From IMG/VR virus record IMGVR_UViG_3300031278_000120: a stretch of DNA of 18,279 nucleotides. One strand, written 5' to 3'. The position numbers and the translations under genes were made by a program. The notes under the pieces were generated by a model, which was not told where the DNA came from, ran no database searches, and saw nothing but the letters and a program-made list of their open reading frames with translations. Of the stretch, positions 1 through 8,060 are shown piece by piece (the stretch's first letter is position 1; each line of letters begins with the position of its first letter). The stretch comes from a virus.

Positions 1-127
1 TTTCACCGATGCCCGGGTCGCCGCCGTCGCGGCGTCCGCGAACGAAGGGATCACCATGCGCTGCACGTCGTGCGGGTATGACCATGCGGCCGGCACGCCG
101 TGCCCGGTCCAGCTCAACAACCCCACC
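1..127. repeat. Terminal direct repeat: nt 1-127 are identical to nt 18153-18279. Interpreted as a circular-assembly overlap; the unique genome unit is 18,152 bp.
   Basis: Read directly: tttcaccgatgcccgggtcgccgcc...ccagctcaacaaccccacc occurs at both window ends. A long ORF passes through the junction in frame. Confidence 0.95.
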
Positions 128-1489
128 TACCCGCCCCGCCCCGCCCCCCAGCCCCAGCCGCAGCCGCAGCCCCAGCCGCAGGGCCAGCCGCAGCCCCAGC
201 CGCAGGGCCAGCCGCAGCCCCAGCCGCAGGGCCAGCCGCAGCCGCAGGGCCAGCCGCAGCCGCAGCCGCAGGGCCAGGGCCAGCCCCAGGGCCAGCCCCA
301 GGGCCAGCCGAGCGATCTCAGTGCGGCGATCGGCGCCGCGGTGCAGGCGGCGCTGTCCGCGGCCGGGATCATCGAGCCGGCCGACGGCCCCGGCGGCCCG
401 CGGCCGACGGTCGACCCGTCCCGGCCGCTGCCCGTGCGGGTCGCCGAGGCCGTCCCGTACCGGTTCGACCGGGGCCGGAACTTCATCCCCGGAGAGCACG
501 TGTTCTCCGCCGACGTCCACGCGATGGCGCTCAGCCGCGACCATGAGGGCACCGGCACCGACGCCGGGAAGCGAGTCATGGGCCTGCTGCGGGCGGCGTT
601 CGCCACCGCGGCCGCCGACGTCAACGAGCTCAACCCGACCATCCAGCGGCCCGACATGTACGTCGACCAGCAGGACTACCGGTACCCGATCTGGGCCAGC
701 GTCGACAAGGGCAGCCTCCCCAACGGGATCCAGCCCTTCGCCTTCCCCAAATACTCGTCCAGCTCGGGCCTGGTCGGCGACCACACCGAGGGCACCGAGC
801 CGACGGCCGGTTCGTTCGTGACCACCTCCCAGACGGTCACGCCGTCCCCTGTGAGCGGCAAGGCGTCGTTGACCCGCGAGGTCTGGGACATGGGCGGCAA
901 CCCCGCCGTCTCCACGCTGATCTTCAACCAGATGGTCCGCGGGTACAGGGAGGGCCTGGAGAGCGCCGCCGCGACGTTCCTGAACACGCTCACCGCGGCG
1001 ACCGACATCACGATCACGACCGCGTCCGCGGACGCCGTGCTCGCCGGGGACTGGGAGGCCGCGCTGGCCGGCCTGCAGTTCGTCCGCGGCTACGACTTCT
1101 CCGCGTTCGTCCTGGAGGCCGTCCTCTACAAGGCGTTCGCCGCGGCCAAGGACGGCAACGACCGGCCCCTGTACCCGATGCTGGCGCCGCAGAACGCCAA
1201 CGGGACCGCGGCGACCCGGTTCCGGACCCTCGACCTGGGGGGCGTCACCGGGATGCCGTCGTGGGCGCTGGCCTCCACCCCCGGTTCGCCGAACAACAGT
1301 TGGCTGTACGACCCGATGTTCGTCCACGGCTGGGCCACCCCACCGACCAGGCTGGAGTTCCCCGGCACCGACGCCTCCGCCGCCTACGCCCCGGTCGCGA
1401 TGGTCGACCTGGCGATCTGGGGCTACAAGGCGCTGGCCAACTCCGACGTCGGCGCCGTCCGCCAGGTCATCTACGACAGCGTCTCCTGA
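2..1489 (+). CDS. C-terminal part of the wrap-around ORF that starts at 16447: end of the protease module, a CCHC-like motif, a P/Q/G linker and an HK97-fold major capsid protein. An internal in-frame ATG at 56 gives a 477-aa product.
   Basis: Frame 2 is open from nt 2 and is the same frame as 16447..18279 after circular wrap. The translation (NELNPTIQRPDMYVDQ..., GKASLTREVWDMGGNPAVSTLIFNQMVRGYREGLESAAA...) has the pattern of HK97-family capsid proteins. The gene sits just upstream of the head-tail connector genes. GC3-rich codons. AAGGGA lies 5 nt upstream of ATG 56. Confidence 0.85.
   Translation, partial: FTDARVAAVAASANEGITMRCTSCGYDHAAGTPCPVQLNNPTYPPRPAPQPQPQPQPQPQGQPQPQPQGQPQPQPQGQPQPQGQPQPQPQGQGQPQGQPQGQPSDLSAAIGAAVQAALSAAGIIEPADGPGGPRPTVDPSRPLPVRVAEAVPYRFDRGRNFIPGEHVFSADVHAMALSRDHEGTGTDAGKRVMGLLRAAFATAAADVNELNPTIQRPDMYVDQQDYRYPIWASVDKGSLPNGIQPFAFPKYSSSSGLVGDHTEGTEPTAGSFVTTSQTVTPSPVSGKASLTREVWDMGGNPAVSTLIFNQMVRGYREGLESAAATFLNTLTAATDITITTASADAVLAGDWEAALAGLQFVRGYDFSAFVLEAVLYKAFAAAKDGNDRPLYPMLAPQNANGTAATRFRTLDLGGVTGMPSWALASTPGSPNNSWLYDPMFVHGWATPPTRLEFPGTDASAAYAPVAMVDLAIWGYKALANSDVGAVRQVIYDSVS
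146..310 (+). repeat. In-frame tandem repeat (about a 24-nt unit, cagccgcagccccagccgcagggc, plus degenerate copies) encoding 55 residues of only P, Q and G.
   Basis: Direct reading: PQPQPQPQPQPQGQPQPQPQGQPQPQPQGQPQPQGQPQPQPQGQGQPQGQPQGQP. Confidence 0.95.
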
Positions 1490-1562
1490 CCCCCGCCTCG
1501 TTTTTCCGCAGCGAAGATCCGTGCAGGCAAAAACAGCATCGACCTGAGAGGAGGTGTCCCCG

Positions 1563-2165
1563 ATGCCCACCATCGTGATCAGCGAGCGCCTGTCCACCGC
1601 CGACGTCGGGGACACCTGGCGGATCTGGCTGCAGGCCTTCGACGCAGACCAGGCCCGGGCGGTGCCGGACTCGGTCACCGCCACCGTCACCCTGCCCGAC
1701 ACGACCACCGCGGCGATGACCGTCACCGCGCAGGCCGCCACCGGCCTCTACGAGATCACCTACACCCTCGCCGCCGCCGGCCGGCACACCGCCGTGATCA
1801 CCACAGCGTCCACCGACTTCGGCGACGACGTAGACACCCTGGAGCTGCTCGCGTTCGCCGTCGCCGCGGACCCACCCACCGTCGACGACGTCGAGACCTA
1901 CCTGGGCACCACCTCCTACACCACCGCCGAGATCACCACCGCGTACAACGCGGAGCTCGCCGCCCAGCGCCACCGCTGCGACATCCCCGCCGACTACCCC
2001 GCCGACCTCGCCGAGGCCCTCTGCCGGCGGATCGCGGTCAACCTGTCCCGCCGCCAGAACGTCGCAGGGTTCGTCGAGGGCGACGCCGGCCTGGTCCGGG
2101 TCCCCGGGCAGGACGTGGAGGTCCGCCGCCTGGAGCGCCCGTTCTGGCGGCTGATCGCCCGATGA
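1563..2165 (+). CDS. Head-to-tail adaptor (gp6-like connector) with an extra N-terminal beta-rich, Ig-like region of about 100 aa.
   Basis: GGAGG at 1550-1554 lies 8 nt before ATG 1563 (the ORF track starts at GTG 1554). The C-terminal half (TVDDVETYLGTTSYTTAEITTAYNAELAAQRHRCDIP...LAEALCRRIAVNLSRR) resembles gp6-like connectors. Located immediately after the capsid gene. Confidence 0.6.
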   Translation: MPTIVISERLSTADVGDTWRIWLQAFDADQARAVPDSVTATVTLPDTTTAAMTVTAQAATGLYEITYTLAAAGRHTAVITTASTDFGDDVDTLELLAFAVAADPPTVDDVETYLGTTSYTTAEITTAYNAELAAQRHRCDIPADYPADLAEALCRRIAVNLSRRQNVAGFVEGDAGLVRVPGQDVEVRRLERPFWRLIAR

Positions 2166-2506
2166 CCGCCTTCGGGACCACCCGCGCCGAGCTCGCCACC
2201 GCCCTGACCGGCGTGTCCGGGGTCACCGGGTACGCCGAGCGCCCGGCCGCGGTGAAGCCGGGCGATGCCTGGCCCACCCTCGCGCTCGCCGAGCGCGGCC
2301 CCGGCCTGACCTTCGCCGTCAGCTGGAACATCACCGTGCTGCTGGCGGCCGACGAGGCGACCGCCACCGCCCGCACCGACGCGCTGCTGCTGGACCTGTG
2401 CGCCGCCCTCGACCCCGTCGCCTACGTCGACACCGTGACCCCCGTGGCCGTCGCGACCACCGCCGGGGACCTCCTCGGCCTGCAGATCACCACAAGGAGC
2501 GAATGA
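2162..2506 (+). CDS. Head-tail joining or tail terminator-like neck protein (114 aa).
   Basis: ATGA overlap with the upstream gene. Small protein between the adaptor and the major tail protein. The function rests on synteny only. Confidence 0.5.
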   Translation: MTAFGTTRAELATALTGVSGVTGYAERPAAVKPGDAWPTLALAERGPGLTFAVSWNITVLLAADEATATARTDALLLDLCAALDPVAYVDTVTPVAVATTAGDLLGLQITTRSE

Positions 2507-2507
2507 G

Positions 2508-2918
2508 ATGGCCGCCTACACCGGTGCAATCATGATGAAGAACGCCCTGGTCAAGCAGTCGACCACCGATTACGGCAACCAGTGCTCCAAGGCGCGCCTG
2601 GTGCCCGACTCCAACATCCAGACGATGCGGACCCTGGTCCCGGACGGGCAGATCGTCGACGTCGACAGCCCCGTGTGGACGCTGGAGCTCGCCGGCGTGC
2701 AGGACCACGAGTCCGGCGGCCTCGCCGCATACCTGACCGCCAACGCCGGCGCCCTCGTCGACTTGATCATCGCCCCGAACAACACCACCGGCGCCGTGCA
2801 GTGGACGGTGTCGGTGATGGCCCTGCCGGTCGAGTTCGGTGGGGAGACCGGCCAGTGGGCGACGTTCGACGTCGCCCTGCCGGTGTCCGGGCAGCCCACC
2901 GCCGGAACCGTCTCCTGA
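2508..2918 (+). CDS. Major tail protein (136 aa).
   Basis: AAGGAG at 2494-2499 lies 8 nt before ATG 2508. Located directly upstream of the frameshifted chaperone pair. Size and beta-rich composition fit the small major tail proteins of small siphoviruses. Confidence 0.6.
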   Translation: MAAYTGAIMMKNALVKQSTTDYGNQCSKARLVPDSNIQTMRTLVPDGQIVDVDSPVWTLELAGVQDHESGGLAAYLTANAGALVDLIIAPNNTTGAVQWTVSVMALPVEFGGETGQWATFDVALPVSGQPTAGTVS

Positions 2919-3238
2919 TGGCCGCAGTGATGCGGCTGACCGTCCACCCCGACGAGGGGGAGCCCTTCGAGGTGACCGCGGGGCAGCGGGAGATGGCGGC
3001 GTGGGAGGCGCAGCCCTTCGGGTGCAACGCCTTCGACGCGCTCGGCGTCAAGGGCGTGACGTTCCTGCGGTTCCTGGCGTGGGCTGCGATCCGCCGGGCC
3101 GGGCAGAAGGCGCCTGCCTTCGACACCTGGTCGGCGACGATCGACCGGGTCGACTTCGCCGACGACGACGACCAGGGGAAGGCGCCGGGCCCTACCCGGC
3201 GGGGTCGGCGCGCCGGGGCCTCCTCGACCTCGCCCTGA
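2918..3238 (+). CDS. Tail assembly chaperone, short (G-like) product, 106 aa.
   Basis: TGATG overlap with the major tail gene. MAAVMRLTVHPDEGEPFEVTAGQREMAAWEAQPFG... ends in an acidic DDDDQ tract. Followed by a -1 frame extension that has no start codon of its own. Confidence 0.75.
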   Translation: MAAVMRLTVHPDEGEPFEVTAGQREMAAWEAQPFGCNAFDALGVKGVTFLRFLAWAAIRRAGQKAPAFDTWSATIDRVDFADDDDQGKAPGPTRRGRRAGASSTSP

Positions 3239-3354
3239 CCCTCGGACAGCCCTGCAGCGAGGTCCTCGGCTGGGACGACCGGGACATCGCCACCGCCCTG
3301 GACTGGCTGGACGACCTGGCCGACGCCCGCAAGGACGCAGCACGCAGGAGGTGA
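2918..3354 (+). CDS. Tail assembly chaperone, long (G-T-like) product made by a programmed -1 frameshift near 3175-3193, about 145 aa.
   Basis: Frame 1 from about 3187 to 3354 encodes a plausible GC3-rich peptide (LLDLALTLGQPCSEVLGWDDRDIATALDWLDDLADARKDAARRR). It contains no ATG, GTG or TTG. It exactly fills the otherwise non-coding 3239-3357 gap before the next gene. Confidence 0.6.
3187..3193 (+). promoter_or_regulatory. Candidate -1 slippery heptamer G_GGC_CCT (X_XXY_YYZ in the zero frame). A second candidate is G_GGG_AAG at 3175-3181.
   Basis: Zero-frame codons are ccG GGC CCT; the -1 frame reads GGG CCC and then continues as the open T-like frame. Confidence 0.45.
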
Positions 3355-3357
3355 CCG

Positions 3358-3831
3358 ATGCAGGCCAATGTGGGTGACGACCAGTTGGGCCGCCTCGTCG
3401 GCGACCTCAAGGCGTTCAGTGCCGGCGGTGACGTGGCGAAGGCCCTGCGCAAGCGGCTCCGGGAGTCCGTCCCGGAAGCCCGCCGCCGCATCCGCGACAC
3501 CGCGGTGGCGATCCTGCCGCACCGGCACGGCCTCAACCAGTGGATCGCCTCCTCCAAGGTCACCGCGAGTATCCGGTTGCGCTCGCAGCGCTCCGCTGGG
3601 CTCAGCCTGCGCGTCGGCCGCAACTCCTCCCGCAAGCGCTCCGACGTACGCAAGATCGACGCCGGGGAGGTCCGGGCACCGTCGTGGGGCCGCCGCGGCC
3701 GCGGCGAATGGCACGCCCAGGCCGTCACCGGCGGGTTCGCCACCGACACGGTATCCGGGATGGTCGAGCAGTGGCGCGCCGCGGCCATCCGCGCCGCCGA
3801 CGACGCCACCCGGGAGCTGATCCATGGCTAA
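3358..3831 (+). CDS. HK97 gp10-like tail-completion or neck family protein (tentative), 157 aa.
   Basis: AGGAGG at 3346-3351 lies 6 nt before ATG 3358. The pattern ...AKALRKRLRESVPEARRRIRDTAVAILPHRHGLNQWIASS...LSLRVGRN...DVRKIDAGEVRAP... resembles the gp10 family as I remember it. The CDS is solid; the function is tentative. Confidence 0.45.
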   Translation: MQANVGDDQLGRLVGDLKAFSAGGDVAKALRKRLRESVPEARRRIRDTAVAILPHRHGLNQWIASSKVTASIRLRSQRSAGLSLRVGRNSSRKRSDVRKIDAGEVRAPSWGRRGRGEWHAQAVTGGFATDTVSGMVEQWRAAAIRAADDATRELIHG

Positions 3832-5434
3832 CGCCCGCGACGTCGTCGTCGACATCCTCGGTCGCGACAAGACCAGCGCCGCAGCGAAGTCCGCCGCCGG
3901 GAACTTCGGCAAGGTCGCGAAGGCGTCCAAGGGCCTCAAGGACGAGTTCCAGAAGGGTGCGATCGCGGTGGCCGCGGTCACCGGCGCCGTCGTCGGCCTC
4001 AACAAGGTCATGCAGGCCGGGCTGACGATGGGCCTCATCCGAGCCAACGCCCAGGTCGCGCTCGGCGCCACCGGGTACGCGCAGCTGTCCAAGGCCGCCG
4101 AGTCCTCCGCCCACAGCCTCGGGCTGACAACCAGCGAATTCATCAACAGCGCCGGCCAGGCCGCGATCCTGGCCAAGAACATGGGCTTCGGGCAGGCCAC
4201 GGCCGTGCAGTTCGGGGCCCTGCTGCCCGACCTGGCCAACCGCCTGTCGATCATGTCGTCGGGGCAGCGGGACGCCGCGCAGTCCTCCGACATGCTGCGC
4301 TCGGCGCTGGCGGGGGAATACGACCCGCTGCAGGCCGTCGGCATCAACATCAGTGCCGCGATCGTCGCGACGAAGGCCCTGGGCATCCAGCAGAGGTCCG
4401 GGAACAAGCTGACGATCCAGCAGGCCAACTCGTTAGCCGTCCTGTCGATCGTGCAGGACCAGACCGCCCAGACCACCCAGGTGATGGCCACCGCCCAGGG
4501 CAAGGCCTACCTGGCGGCGCAGCAGAACACCGCGGCGCTGAAGGAGCAGTGGCAGACCCTGCAGCAGCAGCTCACCCCCGCGATCTCTGACGCCCTGGCC
4601 GTCACCACCGAGTGGTTCGACGTGCTGCTGCACCCGGAGAAGCTCAAGCGCCTCGACCAGGCCACGAAGGAGTACAAGGACTCCGTCGACAACGCGGGCA
4701 AGGCCACCACCGGGATGACCTACTCCGTCGACGAGATGGCCCAGACCGCCTCCGGGTCCGCCCGCGACGTCTACGCCTACGCCCGCAGCCTCGACTACGC
4801 CCGGGAGGCCGCCGACAAGTCCGCCAACGCCCAGCTGGCCGACCGCGACGCCGCCCGCGGCTTCGCCCAGGCGCTCGCCGACGCCAAGGGCGAGCTGAAG
4901 GACAACGGGCGGACGCTGGACATCAACACGCAGAAGGGCCGCGACAACGCCGCCAGCCTCGACAAGATCGCCGCCGCGGCGAACAAGCAGGCCCAAGCAA
5001 TCTTGACGGCAGGCGGCAGCCAGGCGCAGTTCGACCGGTCCCTGTCGACGTCGCGCGCCCAGCTGGAGGCCATGGCCGTCCGGTTCGGTATGTCCCGGAA
5101 CGCGGCCGCCCGATACGCCCGCGAGGTCCTGGCCATCCCCAAGACGGTCACCTCCAACGTCACCCTCAACGTCAACACGAAGGTCAACCAGGCGAAGGTC
5201 AGCCTGGGCACCTATGACCGGCTGCTGCAGCTCAAGCCGGGCGGGGCGTTCGCCGCCGACCTGTGGTTCGCGCCCGTGACCACCCCCGGGCAGGCCCGCA
5301 CGCAGCCGGCGGCACCGGTGCACGTGGAGAACCGGGTGATGCTCGACGGCGTCCCGTTCGCCGCCATGACCGCCACCGCCGTCGACGCGGGCCTGGCCCG
5401 GCAGGCCTACCGGGCGCGGGTGGGGAGGCGCTGA
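3824..5434 (+). CDS. Tape measure protein (536 aa).
   Basis: Longest tail-region gene. Ala/Gln/Lys-rich with helical or coiled-coil character and an internal hydrophobic stretch (GAIAVAAVTGAVVGL). Located downstream of the chaperones, with an 8-nt overlap with the upstream gene. Confidence 0.85.
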   Translation: MANARDVVVDILGRDKTSAAAKSAAGNFGKVAKASKGLKDEFQKGAIAVAAVTGAVVGLNKVMQAGLTMGLIRANAQVALGATGYAQLSKAAESSAHSLGLTTSEFINSAGQAAILAKNMGFGQATAVQFGALLPDLANRLSIMSSGQRDAAQSSDMLRSALAGEYDPLQAVGINISAAIVATKALGIQQRSGNKLTIQQANSLAVLSIVQDQTAQTTQVMATAQGKAYLAAQQNTAALKEQWQTLQQQLTPAISDALAVTTEWFDVLLHPEKLKRLDQATKEYKDSVDNAGKATTGMTYSVDEMAQTASGSARDVYAYARSLDYAREAADKSANAQLADRDAARGFAQALADAKGELKDNGRTLDINTQKGRDNAASLDKIAAAANKQAQAILTAGGSQAQFDRSLSTSRAQLEAMAVRFGMSRNAAARYAREVLAIPKTVTSNVTLNVNTKVNQAKVSLGTYDRLLQLKPGGAFAADLWFAPVTTPGQARTQPAAPVHVENRVMLDGVPFAAMTATAVDAGLARQAYRARVGRR

Positions 5435-5435
5435 A

Positions 5436-6224
5436 ATGACCGTCGCGATCACCGCCACCGAGATCACGTCGGTGTACCCGTCGCGGCTGACCCTGTCGGT
5501 GACCGGGCTGACCGCCGGCGACGTCGTGAGCGTCTACCGGTACCTGGCCGGCGTGCGCACCGCCGTGCGCGGCGCCCTGTACGTCACCGTCGACGACACC
5601 GCGTTCGTCGCCTTCGACGCCGAGCTGCCGTTCGGCGTGACCATCCACTACGCCGCGGAGGTCAACTACTTCGAGGTCGCGTGGACCAGCTCCACCGCCT
5701 ACACCCTGGCCGGCGGGAAGGTCGCGATCTCCGACGCCATCACCGGGCAGTCCGCGGAGGTCGTCATCTCGGCGTGGCCGGACAAGCAGCATGACCGGCA
5801 GCTGTCGGTGATGCGCGTGGGTGGCCGCAGCGTCGTCGTGGCCGGCGAGCGCGGGCAGTTCACCGGGCAGATCGACGTGGTCACCGAGACCGACACCGCC
5901 CGGCAGAACCTCGACGACCTGCTGTCCTCGGCGACGTCGGGAATCCTGCAGATCCGCCAGCCCGGCGGGTACGGCGGCATCGACGCCTATGTCGCGGTCC
6001 TGTCCGACACCGAGTCCCGCTGGTCGCAGGACGGCACCGACACCCGCCGGATCTGGACCCTCACCGTCGCGCAGACCCAGGCGTGGGCGTCCGAGCTCGC
6101 GGCGCACACCTTCACCTTCGGTGACTTCGACGACGCCTACACCGGGCTGACGTTCGGTGACTTCGCCGCCGACTTCTCGGGTTCGACGTTCCTGGACTTC
6201 GACCTCACCGACTGGAGCGTGTGA
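5436..6224 (+). CDS. Distal tail protein (Dit-like) minor tail protein, 262 aa.
   Basis: GGAGG at 5424-5428 lies 7 nt before ATG 5436. It is the first gene after the tape measure and has a size typical of Dit. Confidence 0.6.
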   Translation: MTVAITATEITSVYPSRLTLSVTGLTAGDVVSVYRYLAGVRTAVRGALYVTVDDTAFVAFDAELPFGVTIHYAAEVNYFEVAWTSSTAYTLAGGKVAISDAITGQSAEVVISAWPDKQHDRQLSVMRVGGRSVVVAGERGQFTGQIDVVTETDTARQNLDDLLSSATSGILQIRQPGGYGGIDAYVAVLSDTESRWSQDGTDTRRIWTLTVAQTQAWASELAAHTFTFGDFDDAYTGLTFGDFAADFSGSTFLDFDLTDWSV

Positions 6225-7306
6225 TGATCACGCTGTCGGACGAGGCGACCAGCGTCCTGACCGGATCATTCACGTACTACCGCCGGGTGCAGTCGTGGCT
6301 TGGTGGCGACCTGCTCGCCGATGACGTCCCGGTCGTCGACGGGGGGGAGGAGATCGACCGGACGCTGCGGGTCCCGGAGCGGGTCACCCTCACCGTTCCC
6401 AGGCTCGACCGTGGCGTGTCCTACGCGCCGACCGAGGCGACGTCGCCGCTGGCAGCGTATGGGCAGCGGCTGGTCGTCCTGCTCGGCATCGGCCTCGGTA
6501 ACGGGGCCATCGACTGGTTCCAGCGGGGCGCCTACGTCATCACCGACTCCACCGCCGACGGGGACGCCGTGCAGGTGCAGGCAGCAGGCCTGCTGTGGCT
6601 GATCGATGAGGCCAGGCTTGTCAGCCCGTACCAGCCGACCGGTGGCCTCGTGTCGACGCTGCGTGGGCTGCTGGAGCCCGCCCTGACGGTAGTCGTGGAC
6701 TCCGGGCTCGACGACCGGTCGGTCCCCTCAGGGGTCAACTACGACGAGGACCGCCTCGGGGCTGTGTACGAGCTACTGACCGCGTGGCCGGCGGAGGCTC
6801 ACGTGACCGAGCAGGGCTACCTGTCGGTGGCACCTGCTGCGGACTCCAGCACGCCCGTGCTGACCCTCACCGACGGGACCGGCGGCACCGTGATGACCTG
6901 GTCGGGGGAGTCCACCCGGGACGGCGCCTACAGCGCTGTGGTGGCACGTGGGACGGCCAGCGATGGCGGGCAGTTGCAGGGTGTCGCCTACGACGCGACC
7001 AGCGGCCCGGTGCGCTACGACGGACCTTTCAACCCGCTGCCGGTGCCGTTCTTCTATCAGAGCCCGCTACTGACCACCGTGGCCCAGTGCCAGGCCGCAG
7101 CATCCAGCCGGCTCGCCACGCTGCGCCGATCGTCGGCCCGACGGATCACCGCGACGATGGTCCTGCATCCGGGCCTGCAGGCAGGCGACGCGGTCACCGC
7201 AACCAGCTCTGCCCTCGGGCTGGCCGGGCAGGTCTGCATCGTCGAGCGGCTCAGCCTGCCGTACGTGCCGGGTGAGATGCGGGTGACGCTGCGGGTGGTG
7301 GAGTGA
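6224..7306 (+). CDS. Tal-like baseplate hub or minor tail protein, 360 aa.
   Basis: TGATG overlap (GTG 6221 is an alternative start). It is the second gene after the tape measure. The N-terminus (SFTYYRRVQSWLGGDLLADDVPVVDGGEEIDRTLRVPERVTLTVP) resembles actinobacterial prophage tail hub proteins. Confidence 0.55.
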   Translation: MITLSDEATSVLTGSFTYYRRVQSWLGGDLLADDVPVVDGGEEIDRTLRVPERVTLTVPRLDRGVSYAPTEATSPLAAYGQRLVVLLGIGLGNGAIDWFQRGAYVITDSTADGDAVQVQAAGLLWLIDEARLVSPYQPTGGLVSTLRGLLEPALTVVVDSGLDDRSVPSGVNYDEDRLGAVYELLTAWPAEAHVTEQGYLSVAPAADSSTPVLTLTDGTGGTVMTWSGESTRDGAYSAVVARGTASDGGQLQGVAYDATSGPVRYDGPFNPLPVPFFYQSPLLTTVAQCQAAASSRLATLRRSSARRITATMVLHPGLQAGDAVTATSSALGLAGQVCIVERLSLPYVPGEMRVTLRVVE

Positions 7307-7307
7307 C

Positions 7308-8060
7308 GTGGATATCGCAGCCGTAAGGACCAGCCTGTCGGGGCTCGGCGCGCTCACCGGGACCGCCACGGCGGCCAAGAGCGGCTCCACGGTCACGTGC
7401 ACGGTCGGCGACACGACCGTGACCGTCCAGGTCGCCCGCGACCTCACCGTCGCCTCCGGGGACGTCCTGCTGCTGCTGCGGCAGGGCTCGGCGTGGTGGG
7501 CGATCGCCCGGCTGTTCGCGACCGGCCCGGCCGCGCCGGAATCGGACGTCGCGCCGGACCCGAAGCCGGCGACCGTCCACGGCACCCTGGTCGTTACCCC
7601 GGTGGAGACCCGCAGCTACCGGCCGTCCGGGTGGCGCACCGACAACGCCTCTGTCTACCAGGGCAGCTACGGCGGATGGGGTAACCACACCGGCTGCGCG
7701 TTCTACGGAGACAAACCCGAGAGTCTTTCTGGCGCAACGGTTACAGCCGCATCGATCAAGGTGTCTCGGGTCAGCGGTGGCGCCTTCGCCGGTGTGACCG
7801 GCAACCTCGTGAAGATCACTCAGTCGAAGAAGCCGACTGGTGCGCCGACCGTGACCGGCGGGTCATCGATCAGCCTGCCCAAGGTGGGTAGCTCGGCGAA
7901 GCTGGCCATTCCCACCGCCTACGCACAAGCCCTCGTCGACGGCACCGTGGGCGGCCTGGGCCTGTATGAGTCCGGCGGCAGCCCGTACGCCAGGACCGCC
8001 GGCCTGGACGACTGGAGCGCCGCCTGGACGCTCACGATCGATTGGAGCAGGACGACATGA
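7308..8060 (+). CDS. Minor tail protein (250 aa).
   Basis: GTG start 1 nt after the upstream TGA, preceded by GGTGGAG. Tail-tip position. The C-terminal half has visibly lower GC3. Confidence 0.6.
   Translation: MDIAAVRTSLSGLGALTGTATAAKSGSTVTCTVGDTTVTVQVARDLTVASGDVLLLLRQGSAWWAIARLFATGPAAPESDVAPDPKPATVHGTLVVTPVETRSYRPSGWRTDNASVYQGSYGGWGNHTGCAFYGDKPESLSGATVTAASIKVSRVSGGAFAGVTGNLVKITQSKKPTGAPTVTGGSSISLPKVGSSAKLAIPTAYAQALVDGTVGGLGLYESGGSPYARTAGLDDWSAAWTLTIDWSRTT

Noticed and set aside
1490-1562. An AT-richer 73-nt gap after the capsid gene, with T5 and A5 runs, as a terminator or attenuator.
   Set aside because: The gttttt/aaaaac pairing is only 6 bp with mismatched flanks and there is no GC stem. 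It may simply be an SD-containing spacer. It is noted but unsupported.
2767-4503. A 578-aa minus-strand ORF, with similar long minus-strand ORFs at 13167..14531, 10194..11030, 14507..15406, 16051..16866, 17017..17907 and 4433..5467.
   Set aside because: They are antisense to well-supported + strand genes. Their translations are Arg/Gly/Pro/Ala-rich and lack protein-like structure. Such shadow ORFs are expected at about 70% GC because stop codons are rare.
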